64,000 nt of DNA from Bacteroidia bacterium (GTDB lineage: Bacteria > Bacteroidota > Bacteroidia > NS11-12g > UBA955): positions 1,408 to 65,407 of the forward strand of contig JBIPPH010000008.1 in the NCBI GenBank assembly GCA_044368575.1, in the 5' to 3' direction. Within the stretch, counting starts at the first letter, position 1. Each line of letters opens with the position of its first letter. The notes under the pieces were generated by a model that searched no databases, was not told where the DNA came from, and was given only the letters and a program-made list of their open reading frames with translations. Of this stretch, positions 7,887-17,220 are shown one piece after another. The position numbers and the translations under genes are program-made.

Positions 7887-9476
7887 TTAGGCGTGTGATA
7901 CAGCTTTAGGCGCTGCTTGTTTGATGGCTTCACTAGACCCATCCTCAAACTTTTTAAAGTTCTCGTTAAATTTATTGGCAAGCGCATTAGCTGTTTGATC
8001 ATATGCAGCTTTATCTGCCCATGTATTTCTTGGATGTAAAATCTCCTGTGGCACATTTGGACATGAATTTGGCATTTGCACACCAAAAACTGGATGAGTT
8101 GTATACTCAATAGCATCTAATTCTCCATTTAAAGCTGCTGTTAACATTGCTCTTGTGTATGACAATTTCATTCGGCTACCTACACCATAACCACCACCAC
8201 TCCAACCGGTGTTGACTAACCATACATTGATTCCGGCATCCGCATTTAATTTAGCGCCAAGCAATTCAGCATATTTGGCTGGATGCAATGGCAAGAAAGC
8301 TTGACCAAAACATGCAGAAAAAGTACTTTGAGGCTCAGTAATGCCAGCTTCTGTGCCTGCAACTTTACTGGTATAACCAGAAATGAAATGGTACATAGCT
8401 TGCTCAGGCGTTAATTTTGATATTGGTGGTAATACACCGTATGCATCACAAGTTAAAAAGAAAATATTTTTTGGAGACTGACCAATTGAAGGCACAGCAA
8501 TGTTGTCAATAAAATCAATTGGATAAGCAACACGGGTATTTTCTGTTACAGAAACATCTTCGTAGTTCACGGTATTGCTGCCTTCAAAAAAGCGAACATT
8601 TTCAACTAAAGCACCTTTTTTAATGGCATGCCAAATTTGTGGTTCTTTCTCTTCGGTCAAGTCTATACATTTCGCATAGCAACCGCCTTCGAAATTGAAA
8701 ACAGAATCATTGGCCCAACCATGCTCATCATCACCAATTAACTTTCTATTCGGATCTGCAGACAAAGTGGTTTTACCGGTGCCAGACAAACCAAAGAAAA
8801 TGGCTGTATCGCCTTTTTCACCGATATTGGCTGAACAGTGCATTGAAAGCACTCCTTTTTCTTGAGGAAGAATATAATTTAAAACAGTGAATATACCTTT
8901 TTTTAATTCGCCTGTATAACCAGAACCACCAATTAAAATGATCTTTTTGCTGAAATTAATAATTGAGAAGTTGTGTTGTCTGGTGCCATCTAATTCTGCG
9001 TTCGCTTTAAATGATGGAGCGGCTAAAATCAACCATTCAGTGTCTGTGTTGTCACCAGCATTTGGTCTTAAAAACAAATTATTAGCAAATAAATTTTGGT
9101 AGGCCGTTTCAGTAACCACCTTAATGTTTAATTTGAAATCTGTGTGCGCACAAGCATAAGCATCTCTAACAAACAATTCTTTGCCTTTGTAGTGGTCTAA
9201 AACTTTGGCTAACAATGCATCAAATTTTTCAGGTGTAAATTTAAAATTAACAGGGCCCCACCATACAGTGTCTTCTGTTTTGCTATCACATACCGTGAAT
9301 TTATCTTTAGGAGAACGGCCAGTGAATTCGCCTGTATCTGCGGCTAATGCACCACGATCTGTTAATACACCTTCGTTTCTTTCAAGGGCCTTTTCGATTA
9401 ACTGATCTGGCGTTAAATTTTCAAAAACATTACCTGCAGAGGCAACTACACTCGATATAATTTCTTGATTTGTCAT
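7887..9476 (-). CDS. pckA: Phosphoenolpyruvate carboxykinase (ATP)
   Basis: 529 aa with the kinase-1a motif GLSGTGKTTLS and conserved blocks such as GGCYAKCIDL. Confidence 0.95.
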   Translation of the reverse strand: MTNQEIISSVVASAGNVFENLTPDQLIEKALERNEGVLTDRGALAADTGEFTGRSPKDKFTVCDSKTEDTVWWGPVNFKFTPEKFDALLAKVLDHYKGKELFVRDAYACAHTDFKLNIKVVTETAYQNLFANNLFLRPNAGDNTDTEWLILAAPSFKANAELDGTRQHNFSIINFSKKIILIGGSGYTGELKKGIFTVLNYILPQEKGVLSMHCSANIGEKGDTAIFFGLSGTGKTTLSADPNRKLIGDDEHGWANDSVFNFEGGCYAKCIDLTEEKEPQIWHAIKKGALVENVRFFEGSNTVNYEDVSVTENTRVAYPIDFIDNIAVPSIGQSPKNIFFLTCDAYGVLPPISKLTPEQAMYHFISGYTSKVAGTEAGITEPQSTFSACFGQAFLPLHPAKYAELLGAKLNADAGINVWLVNTGWSGGGYGVGSRMKLSYTRAMLTAALNGELDAIEYTTHPVFGVQMPNSCPNVPQEILHPRNTWADKAAYDQTANALANKFNENFKKFEDGSSEAIKQAAPKAVSHA

Positions 9477-9498
9477 AGTATATGATAATTTGGGACTG

Positions 9499-9506
9499 CA
9501 AATTTA
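9499..9506 (-). promoter_or_regulatory. -7 box (TAAATTTG) for pckA
   Basis: Exact TAnnTTTG on the minus strand, 22 nt upstream of the ATG at 9476. Confidence 0.5.
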
Positions 9507-9604
9507 CTAAAAAAACGATTGATTTCCCAATATGACTAAGTTGTTGATATATATCAGCATTTGAGTGTATTTTAAGGTTTTTTTTTGTTTGTTTTGTTGT
9601 TGGT

Positions 9605-10567
9605 ATGCAGGCCAACAAAATAGTCGTAATTGCTTCTGTCTTATGCGCTATCTTATTGATAGTTGATGCCTTTTGTTTGCCTACCTTTATTGATTTATTG
9701 GATTACAAAATCAACCATTCTTTTATTTTTTGGTCTTACAGATTACCCAAAGCTTTAACGGCTTGTATTGTTGGTGCCAACTTAGCTTTGGCCGGATTTA
9801 TCTTACAGCAAATGTATGCCAATCATTTAGCTGGGCCATACATACTTGGCATAAGCTCTGGGGCTTCCTTGGCTGTTTCTATTACAATCATTGGGGCACA
9901 TATTTTTCCAATATTAAACCATGGGCTGAGTCTATCACTAGCTGGCATGATCGGTTCTATGCTGATTCTAAGTTTGGTTTTATTGGTTTCTAAAAGATTT
10001 GGATCAGGCGCTACAATCTTGCTTTTCGGGGTCATTTTGGGGCAAATCACAGGCGCCACTCAGAGCTTACTAGATTTTTTAGCGATATCTAATGATTTGA
10101 AAGCATTTACCGTTTGGGGCATGGGATCATTTGCTAAAGTCATATCATGGGATTGTGCTTTTTTGATCTGTGTATCATTAATCGCCATAGTATTCGCTTG
10201 GCGCTTAATGCCAGCTTTATCCATTATGGTCTTGGGCAATGATACAGCCAATAGCTTAGGGGTTAAAGTGCAGCAAACACAATGGCAATTGCTATGCATC
10301 ACAGGCTTATTGACTGGTATCAGTACGGCTTATTGCGGTCCAATTGCTTTTATTGGCATGGCCATGCCCAATTTAGCGCGGATTTTATTACCCAGTATAC
10401 ATTTCAAACGCCAACTCATTTTAAACTGTCTGTTGGGCGCTAGCATGGCAGTATTAAGTGACATAATAGCTTCCTTGCCGATTTTCTCTATCAACCTACC
10501 AATTAATGTATGCACTGCCATATTGGGCGGACCATTTGTTTTATATGTTTTATTTAAAAAGAAATGA
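9605..10567 (+). CDS. FecCD/BtuC-family ABC permease (iron-siderophore or cobalamin type)
   Basis: 320 aa and multi-TM. Family-typical segments include GPYILGISSGASLAV and AYCGPIAFIGMAMPNLAR. Confidence 0.85.
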   Translation: MQANKIVVIASVLCAILLIVDAFCLPTFIDLLDYKINHSFIFWSYRLPKALTACIVGANLALAGFILQQMYANHLAGPYILGISSGASLAVSITIIGAHIFPILNHGLSLSLAGMIGSMLILSLVLLVSKRFGSGATILLFGVILGQITGATQSLLDFLAISNDLKAFTVWGMGSFAKVISWDCAFLICVSLIAIVFAWRLMPALSIMVLGNDTANSLGVKVQQTQWQLLCITGLLTGISTAYCGPIAFIGMAMPNLARILLPSIHFKRQLILNCLLGASMAVLSDIIASLPIFSINLPINVCTAILGGPFVLYVLFKKK

Positions 10568-11241
10568 GTAGCGTTCAAATACAAATACAGGCCATTAACC
10601 TCAATACAGACAAAGCTCTGTTAAATGACTGTAGTTATGATTTTGATGTACCAGGTTTATACATATTAAGTGGTAGAAATGGCTCAGGCAAATCGACTTT
10701 ATTAAAAGCCATTGCGGGCTTGCATACTCTAGCTTCCGGTCAAATCACTATTAACGGACAAAGTATAGGGCAAATGTCTGTTGCAGAAAGGGCCAAAAAC
10801 ATTGCTTTTGCTGGGGCTAATGCAATTCAAGAACATTTTATTACCGTTCAAGACCTGATTCAGGTTGGGCGCTCCCCTTTTGAAAAACACTGGTATGATT
10901 TAAAACCTGATGCAGATTTTCATCATATTGTTGAGCATCTACAAATTCAACATGTCTTACACAAATCATTAAATGCCATAAGTGACGGTGAAAGGCAAAA
11001 AGCCAATATTGCCAGAGCCATTTACCAAAAAACGGCCGTTTTACTCTTGGATGAGCCATCTGCCTTTTTAGATTATCCTAGTAAAGTCCATCTTTTTGAA
11101 TGGTTGTCTGAATTGGCAATTGAACAATCAAAAATCATCATTTGTTCTACTCATGATTTAGATATAGCTAATCGATATTCGAGGCTTCATCTCCAGATTT
11201 CAGAAAAAAAAATATTTTTTTTTCAACAAGCCCCGATGTAG
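10564..11241 (+). CDS. ABC transporter ATP-binding protein paired with the FecCD permease
   Basis: Walker A GRNGSGKSTLL, signature ISDGERQK, Walker B VLLLDEP. The start overlaps the permease stop (ATGA). Confidence 0.85.
   Translation: MSSVQIQIQAINLNTDKALLNDCSYDFDVPGLYILSGRNGSGKSTLLKAIAGLHTLASGQITINGQSIGQMSVAERAKNIAFAGANAIQEHFITVQDLIQVGRSPFEKHWYDLKPDADFHHIVEHLQIQHVLHKSLNAISDGERQKANIARAIYQKTAVLLLDEPSAFLDYPSKVHLFEWLSELAIEQSKIIICSTHDLDIANRYSRLHLQISEKKIFFFQQAPM
11204..11223. repeat. Perfect A9-TA-T9 palindrome inside the 3' end of the ABC ATPase gene
   Basis: Read directly as AAAAAAAAATATTTTTTTTT. It encodes ..EKKIFFF.. Confidence 0.9.
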
Positions 11242-11312
11242 TTTAAAGGCTCATAAACACTAGTTCTTAGGTGTTTTGATAATTCATTTGAAAGGCGTTT
11301 TTTTTCGCCCAC

Positions 11313-11360
11313 CTACAAATTCAGATGCAACCTTTTTAAAAAACGCAGTCTAATTTGTAG
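11313..11360. repeat. Inverted repeat CTACAAATT-N30-AATTTGTAG in the non-coding gap
   Basis: Perfect 9-bp arms with an A/T palindromic centre (TTTTTAAAAAA). A weak GGCG-T8-CGCC hairpin precedes it at 11294-11309. Confidence 0.7.
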
Positions 11361-11615
11361 AAATCAAAAAAACATATGACGACACTTTACCAAAATTACA
11401 CTTCAGATTTTAAAGTATCTGAACCTTTATTGTTTCCAAACAAACAATTTTCAAAAAACTACAATAACAGTCCATCTGGCAAAATGAGTAAATCACCAAA
11501 GGGCTATCGCAATCAACATGAGATCCAAGACCTCATTCAAATGCTATGCTTAAACTTTGTTCGCTATCAACGAAGTCATAATTTATTAAACTAAAACCAT
11601 GAACCTTTGAGCTTT

Positions 11616-11636
11616 TGAGGGGTATAATCCCCCTCA
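11616..11636 (+). other. GC-rich hairpin TGAGGGG-tataatc-CCCCTCA with an alternative 3' partner ACCCCTC at 11653-11659
   Basis: Read directly from the sequence. It stands out in otherwise AT-rich DNA immediately upstream of the thioredoxin-fold ORF. Confidence 0.6.
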
Positions 11637-11664
11637 TTTGCCAGGGTCAATAACCCCTCCCAAC

Positions 11665-12111
11665 ATGAATTCAAACTCCAAATCAAACGCAATATGGATA
11701 GTTGCCTATTGGTTTATCAACCAAAAACACAACTTCGAATTATTTTACATGCTCGAAAAACTAAAGCACAGATATAAACATGCCCCAATTAAGATTATTG
11801 GGTTAAATCCTTTTAATAGTGAGGAAGATATAGCACAATTTAAAGCTCAAAAAGGGATTGGTTTTGAATTAACTCATGACCACAAGCATACTGCCATGTT
11901 TTATCAAATTCACCAATTCCCAAGTATCCTGATTATGGAAAGCAATGGTAAAATTCTTAAAAGGTTTAACGGCTTTAAGGAAGACTTGCTTCAAGAAATC
12001 GCTTACTTCCTAAGCAAAGAATGTACAATCAATAGCGAGCAAAAGCAGATTGCCATCTCTCCATTTTTGTTTTGGCATTTTAAAAATAATCTGAGTTTTG
12101 GCGCAAATTAA
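11665..12111 (+). CDS. TlpA-like thioredoxin-fold protein lacking the CXXC site; possibly a decaying paralogue
   Basis: IWIVAYWFINQKHNFELF aligns without gaps to VLIDFWASWCGPCRAEFP of the intact TlpA at 15316-16470, so CGPC is replaced by QKHN. There is no signal peptide. The only ATG is at 11665; the ORF-track start at 11638 is TTG. Confidence 0.45.
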   Translation: MNSNSKSNAIWIVAYWFINQKHNFELFYMLEKLKHRYKHAPIKIIGLNPFNSEEDIAQFKAQKGIGFELTHDHKHTAMFYQIHQFPSILIMESNGKILKRFNGFKEDLLQEIAYFLSKECTINSEQKQIAISPFLFWHFKNNLSFGAN

Positions 12112-12136
12112 AACCAATTTAAAGCAGTAGTTTCTG

Positions 12137-12144
12137 TATTTTTG
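12137..12144 (+). promoter_or_regulatory. -7 box (TATTTTTG) for ribBA
   Basis: Exact TAnnTTTG, 17 nt upstream of the ATG at 12162. Confidence 0.5.
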
Positions 12145-12161
12145 CGGCATAAAATTGCATT

Positions 12162-13370
12162 ATGTCAGGTGAATACAAATTAAACAGCATTGAGTCTGCG
12201 ATAGAAGATATCAAAAACGGCAAATTGATTATTGTCGTTGATGATGAAGACCGCGAAAACGAGGGCGATTTTTTAACTGCTGCCTCTAATGTTACACCAG
12301 AAATGGTTAATTTCATGGCCAAGGAAGGTAGAGGTTTGATTTGTGTACCATTACTACCAGAGCGTTGCTTGGAATTAGAGCTTGACCTCATGGTGACTCA
12401 CAATGATTCTATGCACGAAACCCCCTTTACAGTTTCTGTTGATTTAAAGGGCCATGGGACCACAACAGGTATTTCAGCCTCAGATAGAAGCAAAACCATA
12501 CAAGCTTTAGTAAATTCTGATACCAAGCCAATTGATCTTGCCAGACCAGGCCATATATTCCCATTAAAGGCTCAAAAAGAAGGCGTTTTAAAACGTGCTG
12601 GCCATACTGAAGCTGCCATTGATTTTGCTCGTCTTGCAGGATTAGAACCAGCTGGTTGTATAGTTGAAATTTTAAAAGAAGATGGTGAAATGGCCAGATT
12701 ACCTCAATTGATGGAAATCGCCAAAAAATTTGACTTAAAGATTGTTTCCATTGAAGATTTAATCAAATACAGAATCAAAAATGAAAGCCATGTTAAACGT
12801 GAGATTGCAGTGAATATGCCAACTGCATATGGTGACTTTGAAATGATTGCCTACTCTCAAATCAGTGATGGCACTCAGCATTTAGTCATTAAAAAAGGTG
12901 AATGGGAAGCCCATGAACCTGTATTAGTGAGGGTTCACAGCAGTTGCATGACTGGCGATATATTCGGCAGCTGTCGTTGTGATTGTGGTGAACAATTGCA
13001 CCAAGCCATGCAAATGATTGAAAAGGCAGGCAAAGGGGTTGTATTGTACATGAATCAAGAAGGCAGAGGCATTGGTTTACTTAACAAACTTAAAGCCTAC
13101 AAATTACAAGAACAAGGGATGGACACTGTAGATGCTAATCTAGAACTTGGTTTCAAAATGGACGAAAGAGACTATGGCATCGGAGCTCAAATCTTGAGAG
13201 ATCTTGGCATTAGCAAGATGAAACTGATTAGTAATAACCCTAAAAAACGCACCGGATTAATTGGTTATGGATTAGAAATCATTGAAAATGTTCCCTTATT
13301 GACATCGCCAAATCCACACAATGCCCAATACTTGAATACCAAGAAAGAAAAAATGGGTCACGAGATTTAA
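12162..13370 (+). CDS. ribBA: Bifunctional 3,4-dihydroxy-2-butanone-4-phosphate synthase / GTP cyclohydrolase II
   Basis: 402 aa. The N-terminal half carries [10 protein letters not shown] (RibB) and the C-terminal half carries the Zn-site CxxxxxCxC motif SCRCDCGEQ (RibA). Confidence 0.95.
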   Translation: MSGEYKLNSIESAIEDIKNGKLIIVVDDEDRENEGDFLTAASNVTPEMVNFMAKEGRGLICVPLLPERCLELELDLMVTHNDSMHETPFTVSVDLKGHGTTTGISASDRSKTIQALVNSDTKPIDLARPGHIFPLKAQKEGVLKRAGHTEAAIDFARLAGLEPAGCIVEILKEDGEMARLPQLMEIAKKFDLKIVSIEDLIKYRIKNESHVKREIAVNMPTAYGDFEMIAYSQISDGTQHLVIKKGEWEAHEPVLVRVHSSCMTGDIFGSCRCDCGEQLHQAMQMIEKAGKGVVLYMNQEGRGIGLLNKLKAYKLQEQGMDTVDANLELGFKMDERDYGIGAQILRDLGISKMKLISNNPKKRTGLIGYGLEIIENVPLLTSPNPHNAQYLNTKKEKMGHEI

Positions 13371-14014
13371 GGACTTAGCCTTGAAATCTTCCAAGATTGA
13401 TCGGCCTGAAGTTCATAATGCAATCTGTCATGCAATCGACTGCTTCTGCCCTGCCAAAATTCTATACTTTCCGGAACAACAAGATAACCACCCCAATGCT
13501 CTGGTCTTTTAATGGTTTCAGGCGAATACGTTTGTAAGGCCAAACTCATAGCCTGTTCTAGCTCTTCTCTTGAAGCTAAAACATGACTTTGTTGACTCAC
13601 TATCGCTCCTACTTGACTTTCAAATGGTCTTGAATAAAAATAGGCATCGCTATCTTGAGCTGATATCGGGGTAGCTTTACCATTAATCCTCACTTGTCTT
13701 TCCAATTCCAACCATAAAAAATTCAATGCAACGTTAGGATTTTGAAGCAATTGTTGACCTTTATGGCTGTCGTAATTGGTAAAAAAAACAAAACCGTTAG
13801 ACTCAAAACCTTTTAACAAAACTACTCTACTGTGAGGCTTTTGATCAAGCACTGTACTTAAACACATGGCATTGGGTTCTATTACCTCAGCCTCTAATGC
13901 CTCTTGAAACCAGTGTTTAAATTGTTGAAGAGGATCAGCATGAATACTGTTTTCAAGTAGTTCAGCCTGTTTATAATCTCTTCTTAATTGGGCTAAATCT
14001 AAAGATTTACTCAT
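13367..14014 (-). CDS. pdxH: Pyridoxamine 5'-phosphate oxidase
   Basis: 215 aa with the C-terminal signature [14 protein letters not shown]. Confidence 0.9.
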   Translation of the reverse strand: MSKSLDLAQLRRDYKQAELLENSIHADPLQQFKHWFQEALEAEVIEPNAMCLSTVLDQKPHSRVVLLKGFESNGFVFFTNYDSHKGQQLLQNPNVALNFLWLELERQVRINGKATPISAQDSDAYFYSRPFESQVGAIVSQQSHVLASREELEQAMSLALQTYSPETIKRPEHWGGYLVVPESIEFWQGRSSRLHDRLHYELQADQSWKISRLSP

Positions 14015-14739
14015 GATTTTTTACGAAACCAACTCTTGATTTTTAATTCAATAACACCAAAAAACGCCTCTCTGAATATTTTTTTACTCATTTTAGAGGT
14101 GCCTAAAGTTCTATCAGTAAAAATGATTGGCACTTCGGTGATTTTAACACCCGCCAACCAAGCCTTGAATTTCATTTCTATTTGAAAGGCGTAGCCTTTG
14201 AATTTAATTTTATCTAAGTCAATTGCGTTGAGTGTTGTTCTGGTATAACAAACAAAACCTGCCGTAGCATCTCTTATGGTCATGCCTGTAATGAATCTTA
14301 CGTAGGCACTGGCATAATAACTCATTATGACTCTGCTCATTGGCCAATTCACAACATTGACACCAGTAATGTACCTTGATCCAACAGCTAAACCTGCACC
14401 ATCGGTTTCACAGGCTTTCAATAATTTACTTAAATCATCTGGATTGTGTGAGAAATCCGCATCCATTTCAAAAATATAATCGAAGTTGCGCTCTAAACAC
14501 CATTTGAAACCAGCAATGTATGCAGTACCTAATCCATTTTTACCCGGGCGCTCCAATAAATGCAATCTAGAGTTGAACTCAGCTTGTAAACCCATTACAA
14601 TCTTTGCTGTACCATCAGGGGAATTATCATCAACAATTAGCACATCAAATCCGTCAGGCAATGACATGACTTTTCTAATAATGGCCTCAATGTTTTCGAG
14701 CTCATTATAAGTGGGGATTATTACAATCTTGTTAGACAA
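14011..14739 (-). CDS. GT2 polyprenol-phosphate mannosyltransferase (dolichyl-phosphate mannose synthase-like)
   Basis: IVIIPTYNELENI...DDNSPDGT...EMDADFSH motifs. The start codon appears to be TTG, with no in-frame ATG upstream. Confidence 0.8.
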   Translation of the reverse strand: MSNKIVIIPTYNELENIEAIIRKVMSLPDGFDVLIVDDNSPDGTAKIVMGLQAEFNSRLHLLERPGKNGLGTAYIAGFKWCLERNFDYIFEMDADFSHNPDDLSKLLKACETDGAGLAVGSRYITGVNVVNWPMSRVIMSYYASAYVRFITGMTIRDATAGFVCYTRTTLNAIDLDKIKFKGYAFQIEMKFKAWLAGVKITEVPIIFTDRTLGTSKMSKKIFREAFFGVIELKIKSWFRKKS

Positions 14740-14798
14740 TTTTAAAAAAAATTAAATTTCGCGCAAAATAGCACTTATTTTGTAGGTATAAAATTATA

Positions 14799-15299
14799 AT
14801 GACAGAAAGGGCGATTTTTTTCGATAGAGATGGCGTAATCAATAAAGAACTAGGTGACTACTGCACTAAGCCTGAAGACTTTTACATTCTTGAAGATAGT
14901 TTAGCCACCTTATTGCTGGCCAAAACACATGGTTTCAAAATCATACTCATTACTAACCAAGGTGGCATTGATAGAGCCTTATACACCCATGAGGGCTTAA
15001 AACAAATTCATCAAAAACTAATCGATGCCTGTAAAGAACAAGGCATTCATATTGACGATGTCTATTACTGCCCTCACCACCCCATTGTAGGACATTGTTT
15101 GTGCAGAAAACCTGAAGGTTTAATGCTACAAAAAGCCATTGCTAAGCACCACTTAAAAGCCTCTGAATGCCTTATGATAGGTGACCATGATCGTGACATG
15201 GAAGCAGCAAGCTTGGCGGGGGTTAAAGGCATACGCATACAACCTAATGCTCCAAAATATCATCTACTAAAAGAAGAAATTCTAAAGATCATTGAATAA
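14799..15299 (+). CDS. gmhB: D,D-heptose 1,7-bisphosphate phosphatase (HAD-IIIA)
   Basis: FFDRDGVIN and ITNQGGI motifs, plus the Zn-finger insert YYCPHHP...CLCRKP. Confidence 0.8.
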   Translation: MTERAIFFDRDGVINKELGDYCTKPEDFYILEDSLATLLLAKTHGFKIILITNQGGIDRALYTHEGLKQIHQKLIDACKEQGIHIDDVYYCPHHPIVGHCLCRKPEGLMLQKAIAKHHLKASECLMIGDHDRDMEAASLAGVKGIRIQPNAPKYHLLKEEILKIIE

Positions 15300-15303
15300 A
15301 CAG

Positions 15304-15311
15304 TATTTTTG
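15304..15311 (+). promoter_or_regulatory. -7 box (TATTTTTG) abutting the TlpA-family start
   Basis: Exact TAnnTTTG, 4 nt upstream of the ATG at 15316. It lies inside the longer TTG-initiated ORF-track version. Confidence 0.5.
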
Positions 15312-15315
15312 CAAT

Positions 15316-16470
15316 ATGAATAGACTTATTTTGTTAGCGCTATGCCTAAGCATCTCATTATTGGGATTCGCACAAAAAACAATCAGCGCCAAAACCGCTA
15401 AAACAACAAGCAGTTCAAAAACGGCTAAGACTTCAAAGGTTCATTTTACCATCGAAGGCAAACTACAAGGCTATTCAAAACACCTTATTGTTTTAAACAA
15501 ATTTAGATTGAATAAGCTAGAATTCATTGATTCAGTTATCACAAATGATACTGGCTATTTTAAATACACTGGCAGTTTAAATGAAGCGAGCATTGTTTAT
15601 GTTCAATACAATACCAAAACCGCAGTTCCCTTGATTATTGAAGAAGGCGCCAACATTCAGGTGCACATGATTCCTAACGATCAAGGATTATATTACGAAG
15701 TGCATGGCAAAGGCTCAGAAAAATCTCACAATTTATTTACCTTCATTAAACAATTCACTCGCCTTAACAATGATTTAGCCAACTTGGAAAGAGCTATTTC
15801 AAGTGAATCTGACCCAATGAAGACCTATGAATTACAAATGTTGTTTTCTACCAGACAACAAGAATATTACATGAGCATTGATAGCATGATTCAATACCAC
15901 GATCCTTTAGAAGCTTATTTTGTATTGTTTAATTTTACTCAAGAGCACAAGTTTGCCGATGTTAGAACCATTAAAACTCACATGGAGCCGAAGCAAATTC
16001 AATCTAACTACTATAAAGATTTAAAGGAAATTTACGACAACAATAAACTATTAGAAGTTGGCGAAATGGCTCCTGACTTTGAATTACCTCAAGCAGATGG
16101 CAGTTTATTAAAACTGTCTGATTTAAGAGGTAAAGTTGTACTTATAGATTTCTGGGCCAGTTGGTGCGGACCATGTAGAGCTGAATTTCCTAACGTGAAA
16201 GCATTATACGCTAAATATAAAAGCCGTGGTTTTGAAATACTTGGTGTATCATTAGACAAAGACAAACCGTCATGGGTAGGGTCTATTAACTCATTGGGAC
16301 TAACTTGGCGTCATGTGAGTGACCTTAAATACTGGAGTTGTGCCCCTGCAAAATTGTATAAAGTGACCGGTATTCCATTTACTGTTTTGGTTGACAAAGA
16401 CGGTAAAATTTTAGCCAAAGGCCTAAGAGGTGAAGAATTAGATGCTCAATTAATAAAGCTGTTTCCTTAA
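15316..16470 (+). CDS. TlpA-family thiol-disulfide oxidoreductase with an N-terminal extension
   Basis: Signal peptide MNRLILLALCLSISLLGFAQ and a C-terminal thioredoxin fold with FWASWCGPCRAEFP. Confidence 0.85.
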   Translation: MNRLILLALCLSISLLGFAQKTISAKTAKTTSSSKTAKTSKVHFTIEGKLQGYSKHLIVLNKFRLNKLEFIDSVITNDTGYFKYTGSLNEASIVYVQYNTKTAVPLIIEEGANIQVHMIPNDQGLYYEVHGKGSEKSHNLFTFIKQFTRLNNDLANLERAISSESDPMKTYELQMLFSTRQQEYYMSIDSMIQYHDPLEAYFVLFNFTQEHKFADVRTIKTHMEPKQIQSNYYKDLKEIYDNNKLLEVGEMAPDFELPQADGSLLKLSDLRGKVVLIDFWASWCGPCRAEFPNVKALYAKYKSRGFEILGVSLDKDKPSWVGSINSLGLTWRHVSDLKYWSCAPAKLYKVTGIPFTVLVDKDGKILAKGLRGEELDAQLIKLFP

Positions 16471-16536
16471 TGATTTGATAATCCACTATTAACCTTCCGG
16501 TCAAGTGCTTAGGGGAATATTGTGACAAGAAAAAGT

Positions 16537-17220
16537 ATGAGTACACAATCTTACAAAATATTAATTGTAGACGATGAAATTGACATCATTGAGTTGTTAA
16601 GCTATAATTTAAAGAAAGAAAACTTTACAGTAGTAGCGGCTATGAACGGCAAAGAAGCCATTAATATTGCCAGCAAACTAAAGCCAGATATTATTTTAAT
16701 GGACGTGATGATGCCTGAAATGGATGGTATCGAAGCTTGTCGTCAGATTAAAAGTTTACCACAACTGAAAAACATTCCATTGTTGTTCTTAACTGCTAGA
16801 GGCGAAGAATTCAGTGAGCTAGCTGGATTTGAAGCTGGAGCAGATGATTACATCATTAAACCAATTAAACCACGTGTTTTGATCTCAAGGCTAAAAGCCA
16901 TTTTAAGACGCAATGTGAGCGATAGTTTACCAAAAGAAACCCTTGAGTTCCCAGACTTAAAGATAGACCGAGAACGTTTTTCTGTAACCTATTTGGGCAA
17001 GGTTTTGCAATTTCCAAAGAAAGAATTTGAGTTATTGTCTTTACTGGCCAGCAAGCCGGGCAAAGTATTTACCAGAGAGCAAATCCTAGAGGCCATTTGG
17101 GGCGATGATGTTTTGGTAGTTGACAGAACCATAGATGTGCACATCAGAAAGATCAGAGAAAAGCTTGATGATAACTTTATTCAAACAATTAAAGGCGTAG
17201 GCTATAAATTTGAAGTGTGA
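16537..17220 (+). CDS. OmpR/PhoB-family response regulator
   Basis: Receiver domain (ILIVDDE...DVMMPEMDG...IIKP) plus a winged-helix output domain (..TIDVHIRKIREKL...GVGYKF). Confidence 0.9.
   Translation: MSTQSYKILIVDDEIDIIELLSYNLKKENFTVVAAMNGKEAINIASKLKPDIILMDVMMPEMDGIEACRQIKSLPQLKNIPLLFLTARGEEFSELAGFEAGADDYIIKPIKPRVLISRLKAILRRNVSDSLPKETLEFPDLKIDRERFSVTYLGKVLQFPKKEFELLSLLASKPGKVFTREQILEAIWGDDVLVVDRTIDVHIRKIREKLDDNFIQTIKGVGYKFEV

Noticed and set aside
7877-8116. 79-aa minus-strand ORF overlapping the 3' end of pckA in another frame
   Set aside because: It is an out-of-frame overlap with a confidently identified gene, and its composition is inconsistent with a real protein.
9477-9604. Possible cobalamin riboswitch upstream of the BtuC/FecCD-type transporter
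   Set aside because: Only 128 bp are available and they are shared with the pckA promoter. There is no B12-box (GCCACTG-like) and no GC-rich paired regions.
11599-11636. An in-frame ATG-AAC-CTT-TGA followed 5 nt later by a stable hairpin, considered as a SECIS-like selenocysteine recoding site in a thioredoxin-fold gene
   Set aside because: The UGA would be codon 4, far from where the redox CXXC should be, and that site is itself lost (QKHN). No sel genes are visible in the window. A nonsense remnant, a tiny uORF or a plain 5' UTR is more plausible.
12112-12161. Possible FMN (RFN) riboswitch upstream of ribBA
   Set aside because: The spacer is only 50 bp, with a -7 box 17 nt from the ATG, so there is no room for the roughly 140-nt RFN element. 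The GC-rich hairpin at 11616-11636 does not match the RFN consensus.
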